Positions 27,953 to 38,169 of a DNA stretch of 64,000 bases are shown piece after piece (the stretch's first letter is position 1; each line of letters opens with the position of its first letter). This stretch comes from a virus: the IMG/VR virus record IMGVR_UViG_3300025000_000065, positions 47,970 through 111,969 of that record; one strand, given 5' to 3'. Under the pieces are notes generated by a model that did not search any database, was not told where the DNA came from, and was given only the letters and a program-made list of their open reading frames with translations. A program made the position numbers and the translations under genes.

Positions 27953-28402
27953 TTAAACTCCACTTTCAATTATTAAGTCAAATGTTATAAAATTTATTCC
28001 TTCAGGTAAAATTCCAGATGATGGACTTCCGCTAGGCAATGTGTGATTTACAACATTTAAATCAGATAAAATTTTTAATGATAAATTAGAAAACATTAAT
28101 GGATCATAGTATTTTAAAATTCCGGTTCTAACAACATGATCCTTTCCATAAAAATATAGAGTATTATTGCTACAAGCCGATATGTCAAAAAATAACCTTT
28201 CTAAATCTTCTGGCTGATCAATTAACAACGTACTTCCGCTAGGCAATGTATGGTTTATGGTGCTTAATGCAGCAAGGGTTTTTAATGATAAATTAGAAAA
28301 CATCAATGGATCATAATATTTTAAAATTCCAGTTCTAACAACATGATCAGTTAAGGAAATATATAAATTCATACTCGCAGAAGTAGAAATTGGAGTAGCC
28401 AT
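27953..28402 (-). CDS. Virion-module protein with an internal tandem duplication
   Basis: DHVVRTGILKYYDPLMFSNLSLK...NHTLPSGS occurs twice, 207 nt apart. Confidence 0.65.
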   Translation of the reverse strand: MATPISTSASMNLYISLTDHVVRTGILKYYDPLMFSNLSLKTLAALSTINHTLPSGSTLLIDQPEDLERLFFDISACSNNTLYFYGKDHVVRTGILKYYDPLMFSNLSLKILSDLNVVNHTLPSGSPSSGILPEGINFITFDLIIESGV

Positions 28403-28403
28403 A

Positions 28404-28751
28404 TTATCTTATCCTTTTTGTTATAACTAAAATTCCTTGTGCTGGAACTACTTCAACACCATCTTCAAAAACAATAGTTAATTGATGAGTATATTTTCCA
28501 TCAGATAAATTTTTTGTATCAACTGAAGAAAGAATAATTTCAAAACTGTTTGTAGTAATTATATTTGCTGTTTTTGTTAATATTGCATAATCCGTACCAA
28601 ATGGAGCTAAATTCCACGTACAATCAGCGGCGCTAATATCTATTGGATCGCCATCTTCATCATAAATTACAAATTCTAAAGTATATGTTGTTCCAGCAAC
28701 AAAACTAATTTCAGATACATTATTTAAATTTGAAAAAGTAACATAATTCAT
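28404..28751 (-). CDS. Baseplate upper (BppU-like) protein
   Basis: GTTYTLEF...PIDIS...DT.NL..GKYTHQ...QG pattern; follows the Tal-like gene. Confidence 0.55.
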   Translation of the reverse strand: MNYVTFSNLNNVSEISFVAGTTYTLEFVIYDEDGDPIDISAADCTWNLAPFGTDYAILTKTANIITTNSFEIILSSVDTKNLSDGKYTHQLTIVFEDGVEVVPAQGILVITKRIR

Positions 28752-28763
28752 TTTTTCACCTTT

Positions 28764-30884
28764 CTAAGTTATCAATGGAACATATTCAAACAACACGCCA
28801 TCTCCAACTTGAATTTCATCAATCATAGTTGCGCCACTAGAAGAAACTTCAGTATAATGAACATCTTTAATTTGGGTAATTCCATTTACATAAATTCTAC
28901 TTGAATTTGTTATATAATTTCCACTTATAGAAATATAACTTCCAGATTGACCAGTTAAATCTTCAATGACTGTTACAGAACTTCCTTCGGCTAAACCACT
29001 ACCACTAATGAAAACTCCGTTTCTAAAAGAAACAACGCCTCCTCCAGCAGTAACAATATCTCTACTAATACCAACACCACCATCTATGGTATATATTGTA
29101 GGTTCTCGTAAAACAACACCTTCTTGATTTAAAATAAAATTTGACGAACCCGTTGTAGAATTTATATTTGTTATATTCAAAGTAGGAGTTGCTGTAATTG
29201 CTCCTTTAATATTTTCAGCAACTATTCCATAAGAAGAAATTCCAGATGGAGTCACTACATTATCTATAATAATAGGTTTATTTGTGCTCCAATCATTATA
29301 AGCATCTTTTGTAAAGCTAACATCCGAAGCAACTTTTAAAGTTTTCTGAATATAATCAGATAAAATAAAACTAGAATCATTTATTCTTTGTTTATTTGAA
29401 ATAACTATTGAGAAATCAGTTGGATCTTCATAATTAAAACTATATTCTAAAAGTGTAGCAGACAACAATAAATTTTCATCTGTTTCTATAGTTATTTGAT
29501 CTCCTAAAACAAACTGACCTGTTATAGAAGAAAATTCAAAAATTGTAGGAAAGTTTATTGTATTAAGCGTAATTTGATATCTAGGAACAGCCATTTTACT
29601 AAGAACAACACTGGCAGCATTATACAATTCTAAACTTTGAGCATTAATTTCTGCATTACTCATTAAACTTGTAATGATTATGTTTTCATTTTTATACGTA
29701 TTTTCATATATAAAATTTGAAAGTTTTAAATATTGATCTGTTGTAAAATTTGATGTATTGGTAAAAGATAATTCATCATTAATATTACTCATAATCAACG
29801 TTGTAGAAGAAATATTGTTTTGTATATTGATAATAACGAGATTTTGATTGTTTATTAAAATTTCTTGTTGATCAATTAACGCTTCTATTTCTGTGGTATC
29901 TAATCCTTGTTCACTTCTTACGTCATAAGTTTGTTGATAAGCCGCCAATTGTGATTGAAGTTCTACTAATGTAGTTTGTTCTGTTGCTAATTCAGTTTGA
30001 TAATCGGTCAATAAAACAGAATATGCAAAATAATCAGTTTCATATAATGTAATTTTATTCTCCCATGCGGTTATTGCATCTACTAAATCTTGAGACATCC
30101 AATTAGAATTTTTATAATAAGAAAAATCATATATCTTATTTGTTCCTAAAGGATTCACATTTCTAATAGTTAAATTTCCACCACCGTAACAGTATAATGC
30201 GGTTGTTATTTCTTCACTAATTTCATTATAATCCTGATCTTTTATTAAATTATCAAAGGACAAATAAATATCCGTTGCCGTTATGTCTCTTTCAACATCC
30301 AATATTTTTATCGATCTATTTAAAAAATCAAAAATAAAAAAACAATTATAAGCAGTTGAAGCATCTGATGTAAGAAATTGATACAAATTTGTATCTGTAA
30401 CATTAAACGTTCTGTATAAATCAATTAATGTTGAATCTATTTGAGAAACACTCCAATTTGGAGCATAAAAAAGAATCAATCCTACCAATGTATCGGTACT
30501 TGTTGGATCATCTACATCATATAATTTATACGTTCCCGTCAATGTATTTATTCTCTTAAAAACAAGTTCAGATTCTCTGCTAAATCCTTTAATATGCTTA
30601 ATGGGAGTTCCCCCATCGTCACTTTTTTCAGGATCTACAATTATAAAATATCCTATTCCATCTAACAAAACAAGTCTCTTAGATTGAAGATAATCAAAAC
30701 CTGGAAGTTCAACTCCATCAATATATTTTGGAAAATCAAATTCTATTTCACTTTGAGCATTAAATCTTAGTATTGGTCTAACGTTATAAGCAGATTCCAA
30801 AGAATAAAGTTGTTCCTCATCTGGATTACATAAAACAATTGATGGACGTTCAGACTGATTATAAACATCAAATGATACCTGCAT
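28764..30884 (-). CDS. Baseplate hub / Tal-like tail protein
   Basis: Gene order TMP-Dit-Tal; ITTALYCYGG...NVNPLGTNKIYDFSYY; coiled coil. Confidence 0.7.
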   Translation of the reverse strand: MQVSFDVYNQSERPSIVLCNPDEEQLYSLESAYNVRPILRFNAQSEIEFDFPKYIDGVELPGFDYLQSKRLVLLDGIGYFIIVDPEKSDDGGTPIKHIKGFSRESELVFKRINTLTGTYKLYDVDDPTSTDTLVGLILFYAPNWSVSQIDSTLIDLYRTFNVTDTNLYQFLTSDASTAYNCFFIFDFLNRSIKILDVERDITATDIYLSFDNLIKDQDYNEISEEITTALYCYGGGNLTIRNVNPLGTNKIYDFSYYKNSNWMSQDLVDAITAWENKITLYETDYFAYSVLLTDYQTELATEQTTLVELQSQLAAYQQTYDVRSEQGLDTTEIEALIDQQEILINNQNLVIINIQNNISSTTLIMSNINDELSFTNTSNFTTDQYLKLSNFIYENTYKNENIIITSLMSNAEINAQSLELYNAASVVLSKMAVPRYQITLNTINFPTIFEFSSITGQFVLGDQITIETDENLLLSATLLEYSFNYEDPTDFSIVISNKQRINDSSFILSDYIQKTLKVASDVSFTKDAYNDWSTNKPIIIDNVVTPSGISSYGIVAENIKGAITATPTLNITNINSTTGSSNFILNQEGVVLREPTIYTIDGGVGISRDIVTAGGGVVSFRNGVFISGSGLAEGSSVTVIEDLTGQSGSYISISGNYITNSSRIYVNGITQIKDVHYTEVSSSGATMIDEIQVGDGVLFEYVPLIT

Positions 30885-30885
30885 A

Positions 30886-31677
30886 CTATCCTCCTAAACG
30901 TCTGATAAATTGATATGTAATGTTTAATTGTGTTATATCGCCTGTAAGTTCAAGATTGTTCAACCCATCTTTAAATCTCATAAAATTTTTATTAAAATTA
31001 GACAGTCTTCGATATCCTAAATTTGATTCAATAATTCCTAAGTCAGAATTTACGGTTATTACTTCATATGGAGATAAACTTGTAAATTCAAATTCTCTAT
31101 CAGAATCGCTCGCATTAACAATAGAAATATCGCCACCAGAAGCATTCATTGTAAAAGAAATGTTAGGCTTATTGTATCCCTCATAATGTGAATTATTATA
31201 AAAAACAATAGAACTCCCTGAAGGAGCACTTGTATAATTATATGTTGTTGTTCTAGGGTATGTTCTAACCCATTGAGAATCACAAATACATGTTCCAGAA
31301 AATCCCCTTATCAAATTTCCAGATTTTATAATCTGTGGATTTGTAAAAATTGCTCTAAAATAAATTCCTTCCATATCTGGTTGAGCTATTGCTAAATCTT
31401 TATAGTTCAATGACCCAAACAACCATTTTTGAATATAACTTGCATCTAAAGCAGTTATTTCATCTGGAGAAAAAAAAGTTACAGGAAAAGATAAACTGGA
31501 ACTATATTTTACACCATAAAAATATGGAACAGGTTTTCTAAAAATAAAATCTTGAATTATTTCTACAGTTCCACTTCCGTTTGAACTTATTGTTCCAACG
31601 TCACTTGATGCAATCTGAAGATTATAAGATTCACTTACTTCTCCACCATACACAAAATTTTTTGCATAAAAACCCAT
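30886..31677 (-). CDS. Distal tail protein (Dit)
   Basis: Directly after TMP; 263 aa; IQKWLFG and NKNFMRFKDGLNNL. Confidence 0.75.
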   Translation of the reverse strand: MGFYAKNFVYGGEVSESYNLQIASSDVGTISSNGSGTVEIIQDFIFRKPVPYFYGVKYSSSLSFPVTFFSPDEITALDASYIQKWLFGSLNYKDLAIAQPDMEGIYFRAIFTNPQIIKSGNLIRGFSGTCICDSQWVRTYPRTTTYNYTSAPSGSSIVFYNNSHYEGYNKPNISFTMNASGGDISIVNASDSDREFEFTSLSPYEVITVNSDLGIIESNLGYRRLSNFNKNFMRFKDGLNNLELTGDITQLNITYQFIRRLGG

Positions 31678-31738
31678 ACTAATTTTCCTCCTTTCTTAAT
31701 TATTAGGGGAGATTTTCTCTCCCCTATTTTTTAAACCA

Positions 31739-34432
31739 TTAACCATAAATTGATGCGACATCTCTCACGCTTCCTTGTCTAACAAGAGTAGAATTGATTT
31801 CTTTTATAACATCTCTAGCAATGTCTTTTATTTTTGGAATTGTTTTTTCAATTACATCACCTTGAACCGTAATTAAACTTTCAATATTTAAACCTCCAGA
31901 ACCTTGAGCCTTATTAATAATGTTAGCAACACGAGGAATCATCTTTAAGGTTTTCAATATATCATTGTTATTCATTACCTCTTCACCAACAAGAAGTTTA
32001 GAAAGAATTTCACCTGGTAATGTTCTAACTCCACCTACTGCACCAGAAGATAAACCACTATGATGAGTAGGAAGTGTTTCTGTAGATACAACTGGGGAAA
32101 CTCCACCATATAATGCATCTGCTAAATTTCCGTATTTTAATAATGCATCATAAGCTTCATTCCATGCTTCGACAACATCTGTTACAATTCCAGATCCATA
32201 TTCAGAATTCCAATCTATTAATGATTGATATAAATCAGGAGCTTGTTCCCCAATTCTATCTAATGCATCTTGAGCAATTTGACCAGTTTTATCTAAGTAT
32301 TCATCAATAGCAGAAACAGCCTCTTCAATTATTGCAATTTGAGAATCGATGTTTTCTTTATATAGCTCATATTCTTGATCCAGTGCTTCTTCCTGCAAAT
32401 CATAAGATCTATCTCTTTGAGTTTGTTCTAAGTCTTTTTGAGCATCTGCTAATTCTTCAGCGAGTTCTAACTGTCTTGCTTTAGACTCAGCGGAAGTATC
32501 AAGTGCCAAAATTGCCATTTCAGATTGAATCTGAGCAATAGTTTTAGTTTTATCCTCTAGTTCTTCTTGATATTCTACGGATTCTTGTTCTGCTCTTAAG
32601 ATTTCTTTTTTGGCATCTATAATTTCTTCATAAGCGTCAAGTTGTGCTTCTAATCCATCTATTTGATCTTTTAAAGCATCTTTTCTTGCGTTTTGCTCCG
32701 CTTTAATTAAACTAATGACTAGATTGTGAAGATCTTTAAGTGTTTTTATTTCTTCTTTTGCAGCAGCAGAAGATCCACCACCGCCACCGCCTCCAGCACC
32801 ACCACCTGAATATCCAGGAAAAGCAGATCGAGTTGGAACATTTGTAGGAGGTGGATTGAACGGCAAAGAAACGCCATTTAGAATATCATCACCCATTGGT
32901 TCTGTACTTTGATTAGAAATAACATTTCCACTTGTAGTAACAACAAAATTTAAATAATAATCTCCACTTATCGCATTTGCAGCATTTCCAATATTTAAAA
33001 TGTTACCAATTGCTATTGCAGCAGCTTCATAAGATCCATTTGCTAAATCAATCATGGCTTGATCCATTGAACCCAATACTCTTACAGTTTCCGATCCCAT
33101 GAATCCCCAAGCTGTCATCATATCAGCAGCCATAGTATAGGCTACATTTTTAGCTTCATTGCCTAAAGTAGATAATTGTATTCTTTGAATAAATGTACTA
33201 ACGATAGATGCCTGAAGAGATTTCTCATAAGCATCAGCGGTTTTTAAAATATCCTGTTCAACATTATATAATTCATATTGTAGATCACCCAATTGAGTTA
33301 ATTGCTCATCTGATAATGTTGGTTGTTCTGAAAGTAATCGTATTTCTTCTCTTAATTCTGCCGCTTGAATTCCTGCTTTTTCTTGTTTTTCGTGATAAGA
33401 ATCAAATGCTTTTCCAAATGAATCATCGAGTATATATTGCAGATTATCAAATGCTTGAGATAATTCTTCTGTGCTATCAAAGATTTGACCATGCGCACGT
33501 CTCCAAGCTGTTACCCAAGTATCTAATTCTGCTTTCGTAGCATTAAATAAACCGAGTTCAGCATCAGTAAGAGTTCCAAAATCTTCAGCGGTTTTTACTA
33601 TAACCTTTCCTCCGCTGCTTACAACTCTTATTAACTCACCGTTTTCACCGATGGTATATCCAGCAATTTCCGCTGCTCTTTCTACTGCTTCAATATAATC
33701 ATTATAATTACCTGTTGTATCTTTTAGTGTGGAAATTACTTCTTTCAATCCTTGATCAAGTATTTTTTGTTTATTTACAAAAAGATCAGCTATAATTCCT
33801 GCTCTATTATGAGCTTCATTAACGGAATCCACCATTTTTTTGTATTCACCCATTACTTGTTCGGTGGTCTTAATTTCTTCACCTAAATTTTTAAAAGCAT
33901 TAGACCAAGCATTAGTTGTATTTTCTAATCCTAAATCTTGCTGTTTCTTAACTGTTTGTTGATATGTTATAATTACAGCAGTTAAAGCAACAATTGCGAT
34001 TTGAAAAATTGAAACCCAAGATATAGTTGTTTTTAATAAAAGTTGCAAACTAACTAATGAAAAAGAAAATCCTTGTATAGCCGTAGTTGCACCCATAATT
34101 TTAATAATAAAATTTGCCATTGCTTGGGCACTTAAAACTCCAACCAAACCAATAAGAGATTCTAAAATAGGAATTAGTCCACCCATAGAATCAATTGCTT
34201 CAACAGAAGAAATTCCTAAGTCTAAAAAGAATTTAATGACATCATCATCGATTGCTTTTTGCCATAGGTTTTCCATTGCTGCCTTTAATGTATTTGCTTT
34301 TCCCTCTATGGAATCCATGTAAATTTTATATCGTTCTGTAGCCAATCCAACAGAATGAAGTTGTTGTTCTTGAGCTTCTAGTACCTGGTTGTAGTTTTCC
34401 ATCAAAATTAAAAAATTTTCGCGTTGCCGAAC
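31739..34432 (-). CDS. Tape measure protein, exon 2
   Basis: In-frame VRQRENFLILMENY continues exon 1 (...NAIAG); long helical, coiled-coil and hydrophobic segments. Confidence 0.85.
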   Translation of the reverse strand, partial: VRQRENFLILMENYNQVLEAQEQQLHSVGLATERYKIYMDSIEGKANTLKAAMENLWQKAIDDDVIKFFLDLGISSVEAIDSMGGLIPILESLIGLVGVLSAQAMANFIIKIMGATTAIQGFSFSLVSLQLLLKTTISWVSIFQIAIVALTAVIITYQQTVKKQQDLGLENTTNAWSNAFKNLGEEIKTTEQVMGEYKKMVDSVNEAHNRAGIIADLFVNKQKILDQGLKEVISTLKDTTGNYNDYIEAVERAAEIAGYTIGENGELIRVVSSGGKVIVKTAEDFGTLTDAELGLFNATKAELDTWVTAWRRAHGQIFDSTEELSQAFDNLQYILDDSFGKAFDSYHEKQEKAGIQAAELREEIRLLSEQPTLSDEQLTQLGDLQYELYNVEQDILKTADAYEKSLQASIVSTFIQRIQLSTLGNEAKNVAYTMAADMMTAWGFMGSETVRVLGSMDQAMIDLANGSYEAAAIAIGNILNIGNAANAISGDYYLNFVVTTSGNVISNQSTEPMGDDILNGVSLPFNPPPTNVPTRSAFPGYSGGGAGGGGGGGSSAAAKEEIKTLKDLHNLVISLIKAEQNARKDALKDQIDGLEAQLDAYEEIIDAKKEILRAEQESVEYQEELEDKTKTIAQIQSEMAILALDTSAESKARQLELAEELADAQKDLEQTQRDRSYDLQEEALDQEYELYKENIDSQIAIIEEAVSAIDEYLDKTGQIAQDALDRIGEQAPDLYQSLIDWNSEYGSGIVTDVVEAWNEAYDALLKYGNLADALYGGVSPVVSTETLPTHHSGLSSGAVGGVRTLPGEILSKLLVGEEVMNNNDILKTLKMIPRVANIINKAQGSGGLNIESLITVQGDVIEKTIPKIKDIARDVIKEINSTLVRQGSVRDVASIYG

Positions 34433-35941
34433 TTTTCTGTTGCTTTCACACCGCGAAGCATGTTACTGACCATTTTACAATGGCGATTAAGTATTTCTAC
34501 TTAATTCTGCAATTTCTTTTTGTTATAGTTGCAGAGCAGACCATATCTTTTTCTTGTTTTATACAAGAAAGATGACGCGGGAATTTATGTCACCACAAAC
34601 ACCCAATTGGTCGTTACGGATTCTCAAAAATTATAAATAATGACTAAAAATTGTGTGTAGTTTAGTCAAATCTTTTCTAAAAATTTCTATTAATTTAATA
34701 TTATTATCTTTACAAATATTTCTTTTTTCTTTCATTCTCTCAAAATAAAAAATTTTTTCTGGCATTCCAAAAAATTCTACAAATATATTTTTTTCAATTA
34801 CCCAATCAACTCGTTTTAATCCACATCTATCATCTTCACAATACTTATTATACATTTCCTCTTTTTTATAATTTATATCATTATCTATTAAAAAATTTGT
34901 TATTGTCAATTCAGACTTGGAAAAACATAAATCTTTATTTGTAGAATAATATGTATTAGATTCTCCAAATAAAGAAGAATTTGAATCTAAATTAGCTAAC
35001 CCACATGCATTTCGATATCCATCAAATCGTCTTTCAAATGTTTTTACAGATGGCAATCCATAAAGAACAAGTTCGCTACCATAAGGAGTTCTTCCTAAAT
35101 ATTCTCCTAATTCTTTTAGTTGTTCTATCATTTGATCTGCATCATACCATTTAACACTTTTTTCTTTAGTTTTATGAAATCCTAATTTAAGTGCCATAGT
35201 TCTTATGCTTTCCGGTTTTCTATTAAGAAAATATTTTTCACTCAAGTATTTATTAGTATAATGAGGATAAACGGTTTTTAATAATTTTATATCTTCGTTT
35301 GTCCAAGTTTTATTTACTTTCAATCTTAAATTATTTATTTTTGCATAAACACCAGATAAAGTTCGATTTAATTTTTTAGCAATTTCTTCATAAGATAATG
35401 TATCATAATTTTTTATTAAAAAATCAATTTCATCAGGTGAATAATCTCTGTTTTTTTCAACAATTATATTCAACTCAGAAGATTTATGACGAATTGAATC
35501 AATATTATTATTTTCTAAATTTTTCATTAATAACTCATAATTTCCACTAGGATATAATTCTTTTAATATTTTAATCCTATCATCCGTCCACTGATATCTT
35601 CCAATTCCCCAAGAAGAAATTAAATTTAATATTGTTGAAGAACATCTATTTACTTTTTTACATATTTCGTTTAATGGAATCTTATTATAATTATCTTTAA
35701 TATAATCTAATTCATTAGGCGTCAATGGTTTCTTTTTCATACTGTTTAATTATCCTTTTAAAAATATTCGCTACACATCAAATATTTTTTAATAATTTAT
35801 TTTTTTTTATAATTTTTGAGTCTTTCCTCGGAATTGTCTGCTTCCAGAGTTTTTCCGATATGGTCATCTTCTGAGATTTTTATTCTAATTATAGAAAATG
35901 CAATCTCTATATGTTACCATATATTCTGGCATTCTATTTTT
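34433..35941 (-). mobile_element. Group I intron (1509 nt) in the tape-measure gene
   Basis: P1 CUGGU/GCCAG with U-G at the 5' splice site; P3 GAUGAC/GUCAUC; P7 (A)cGACCA/UGGUC(U) within CCGUAACGACCA and AAGAUAUGGUCU; 15-bp stem flanking the ORF. Removing it restores the reading frame. Confidence 0.88.
34631..35740 (-). CDS. Intron-encoded putative homing endonuclease
   Basis: N-terminal HTH/Myb-like repeats (WT..I..LK..YP), LGRTP...LPS..TF.RRF repeat, and C-terminal SKSE...RVDW...VEFFG PD-(D/E)xK-like domain. Confidence 0.75.
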   Translation of the reverse strand: MKKKPLTPNELDYIKDNYNKIPLNEICKKVNRCSSTILNLISSWGIGRYQWTDDRIKILKELYPSGNYELLMKNLENNNIDSIRHKSSELNIIVEKNRDYSPDEIDFLIKNYDTLSYEEIAKKLNRTLSGVYAKINNLRLKVNKTWTNEDIKLLKTVYPHYTNKYLSEKYFLNRKPESIRTMALKLGFHKTKEKSVKWYDADQMIEQLKELGEYLGRTPYGSELVLYGLPSVKTFERRFDGYRNACGLANLDSNSSLFGESNTYYSTNKDLCFSKSELTITNFLIDNDINYKKEEMYNKYCEDDRCGLKRVDWVIEKNIFVEFFGMPEKIFYFERMKEKRNICKDNNIKLIEIFRKDLTKLHTIFSHYL

Positions 35942-37126
35942 ACCAGCAATAGCATTTGCAACCGCACTTTGCTCTATTTCATTCATCGTAGACCATTTTT
36001 CAGCAATTTCATCCATTACATCACCCATAGGTCTAAATGAAGTAGCGGTATCTCTTAATCTGATATTGACTAAACCCAATGCTCTTTCAACATCGTTAAT
36101 ATTTGTTTTATCATCTTCAAACATTTTTCCAAGTTTAATGTTTTCTAAACGAGCGAACATCGTCTTCATACTTTGACCTATCGACTCAGCGGAGCGGCGT
36201 GAAACGCTCGAAATCGTAGCAATGTAACTTGTCAACTCATCAAAACTAACTCCTGCTTGTTGAGCAGAAGCAGCAGAATATTGTAGTGCTGTGGCAATTT
36301 CATTAGCCGAGGTTGCCATCCGATTATCCAAATCGATTATTTTATCAACAACCAAACTAGCATCCTCAGCCTCTAACTTAAATCCATTCAAAGTAGCTGT
36401 TAGTTTTTCAGTTGAATCTGCGGATTCCATGTTTCCTAACTTACTCAACATCAAAGTTGACTTCATTAATTCAGAGGTTTCTTCAATTGTCTTTCCTTGC
36501 CTGAACCATTCGAGGCTTCCCTGTGCCACCTGAATTGTTGTAGCACCCATTTCTTTTGCAAGTTTATTATATTCAACCGCTAATCTGTCAACTTCATCGG
36601 CAGTCATTCCCGTAACAATTTGAACATTTGTTAACTCTTTGTTCAAATCTTTAATATATTGTATTCCTTCTTCTATTTTTCGAAGACTTCCATAAATAGC
36701 TTGTGTTGCAAGAAACCATATTGCAACTTTTTTAATAGCAACTTCAAGCATGGATGTAAATCCATAACCATCTTTAGTCGTATTTTTCATAGAAGCACCG
36801 ACTTTAGTAACAGAAGTTCTTAAATCATCAAAACTTCCCCTTACGTCTTGAATAGAAGCACCACCCCTTTGAGAAAAACTAGTAATGTTATCTTGAAGAA
36901 CCTTTAACGATGCTTGAACGTCTGCGTTATTAAAAATATCTGGAGATTTAAATTGCATTCTTGCAATTTGATTATTCCACTGTTTAACATAAGAATCAAT
37001 ATCTTTCTGCCCCATATTGATACTTGTTGTTATTTTAATATTTTTAGTTTTTCTATCTAATTTATCTTGAAGACCTGTAACATCAGGTTCAATGCCAACT
37101 ATAATATTATAACCACCATTAGCCAT
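35942..37126 (-). CDS. Tape measure protein, exon 1 (spliced product about 1292 aa)
   Basis: TP901-type TMP core (ELTNVQIVTG, EWFRQG, SAESIGQSMKTMFARL); GGAGG SD before ATG 37126. Confidence 0.88.
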
Positions 37127-37164
37127 TAATAACCCTCCTTTCAACCTCTAGAAAAGAGGCAATT

Positions 37165-38160
37165 TCATAAACCAAACATTTTATCTATAATTTCGTCTGT
37201 ATGATCTTTTGAATAATCTAAAGTAGTTTTTGGATCGGAATGATGAAGATAGACTTGAACTTGTTCCAAACTAAATTTTTTAGGAACTCCATCTTTATCT
37301 AAAATTCTTTTATCTTCTCCTTGTAATAAACATTCACATCTCGAATGTCGATAACTATGGGGAAAAATATTCATTTGCTTTCCTTCAATTTCACTCAAAA
37401 TTTCTCTTATTTTTAAAACCCAATCATAAATCATTTCATAAGAGGCTTCTCTTTTTTTATCACCACTACCAACAATCCATAAAGATTCAACATTATCTTC
37501 TCCACGTTTATCCAACCAAAGTCTTATTAATTCCTTGGTATCGTCTAGGTAAATTAATGGAAATATCTTTCCTCTTTTTCCTATGACTGCGTTAGTCTTA
37601 TTACTATTTAAAAGATTGTATTTTTTTATTTGAGCAATTTCATTTCTTCTTGCTCCACTATCAAACATCATCATATGGAGTAAAGCAAGTTGAATTTCCC
37701 CCATTTCCAATAACTTTTCTTTTACCCTTATGATTTGATCAAAAGTCATAAAAAAAGAATCTTCATCAGTTCTAACAGGCTCTTTCGGTAGTCCTTTTAT
37801 TTTTTGAGCCTGATTAATATCATATTCATATTCATCAGAATCTTCAATATAAGAAAGCATACTTCTACAACAACTCATTACTCTATTTACTCTAGCATTT
37901 GACATTTTTAAATCATCACTTAACCAAATGCTAAGTTTTCTAAAATCTCTTTTTCCTAATTCTAATAAATTTCTATTTCCGCAAAATCTTTTTACAAAAA
38001 TATTAATTATTCTGAGATCATTTTCATATTGTTTTATTGTACTTGCTTTCATTTTTCGTTGCTGATATTCTTCTAAGAAGTCCTGAACAATATCTTTGTT
38101 TTCTATATTTATGTGGGAATATTCTTCATCTGTGTATATTCTATTATATACTCTGCTCAC
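37165..38160 (-). CDS. Tyrosine recombinase (integrase/Xer family)
   Basis: SGARRNE, GKRGK, PHSYRH and LHHSD.KTT.DY; the R-K-HxxR-H-Y catalytic set appears intact. Confidence 0.9.
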   Translation of the reverse strand: MSRVYNRIYTDEEYSHINIENKDIVQDFLEEYQQRKMKASTIKQYENDLRIINIFVKRFCGNRNLLELGKRDFRKLSIWLSDDLKMSNARVNRVMSCCRSMLSYIEDSDEYEYDINQAQKIKGLPKEPVRTDEDSFFMTFDQIIRVKEKLLEMGEIQLALLHMMMFDSGARRNEIAQIKKYNLLNSNKTNAVIGKRGKIFPLIYLDDTKELIRLWLDKRGEDNVESLWIVGSGDKKREASYEMIYDWVLKIREILSEIEGKQMNIFPHSYRHSRCECLLQGEDKRILDKDGVPKKFSLEQVQVYLHHSDPKTTLDYSKDHTDEIIDKMFGL

Positions 38161-38169
38161 ATTCCCTCC

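Noticed and set aside
34432-34437. Canonical omega-G 3' splice sites at 34432 or 34437
   Set aside because: With the P1-defined 5' site, both give out-of-frame products and lose the P10 register.
31739-37144. Two separate tape-measure genes, or a broken TMP
   Set aside because: The intervening 1.5 kb has group I core elements, and its removal gives one continuous frame.
37165-38160. Prophage integrase marking an att site or host junction
   Set aside because: The gene is flanked on both sides by phage late genes; no host genes or att duplication are visible in the window.
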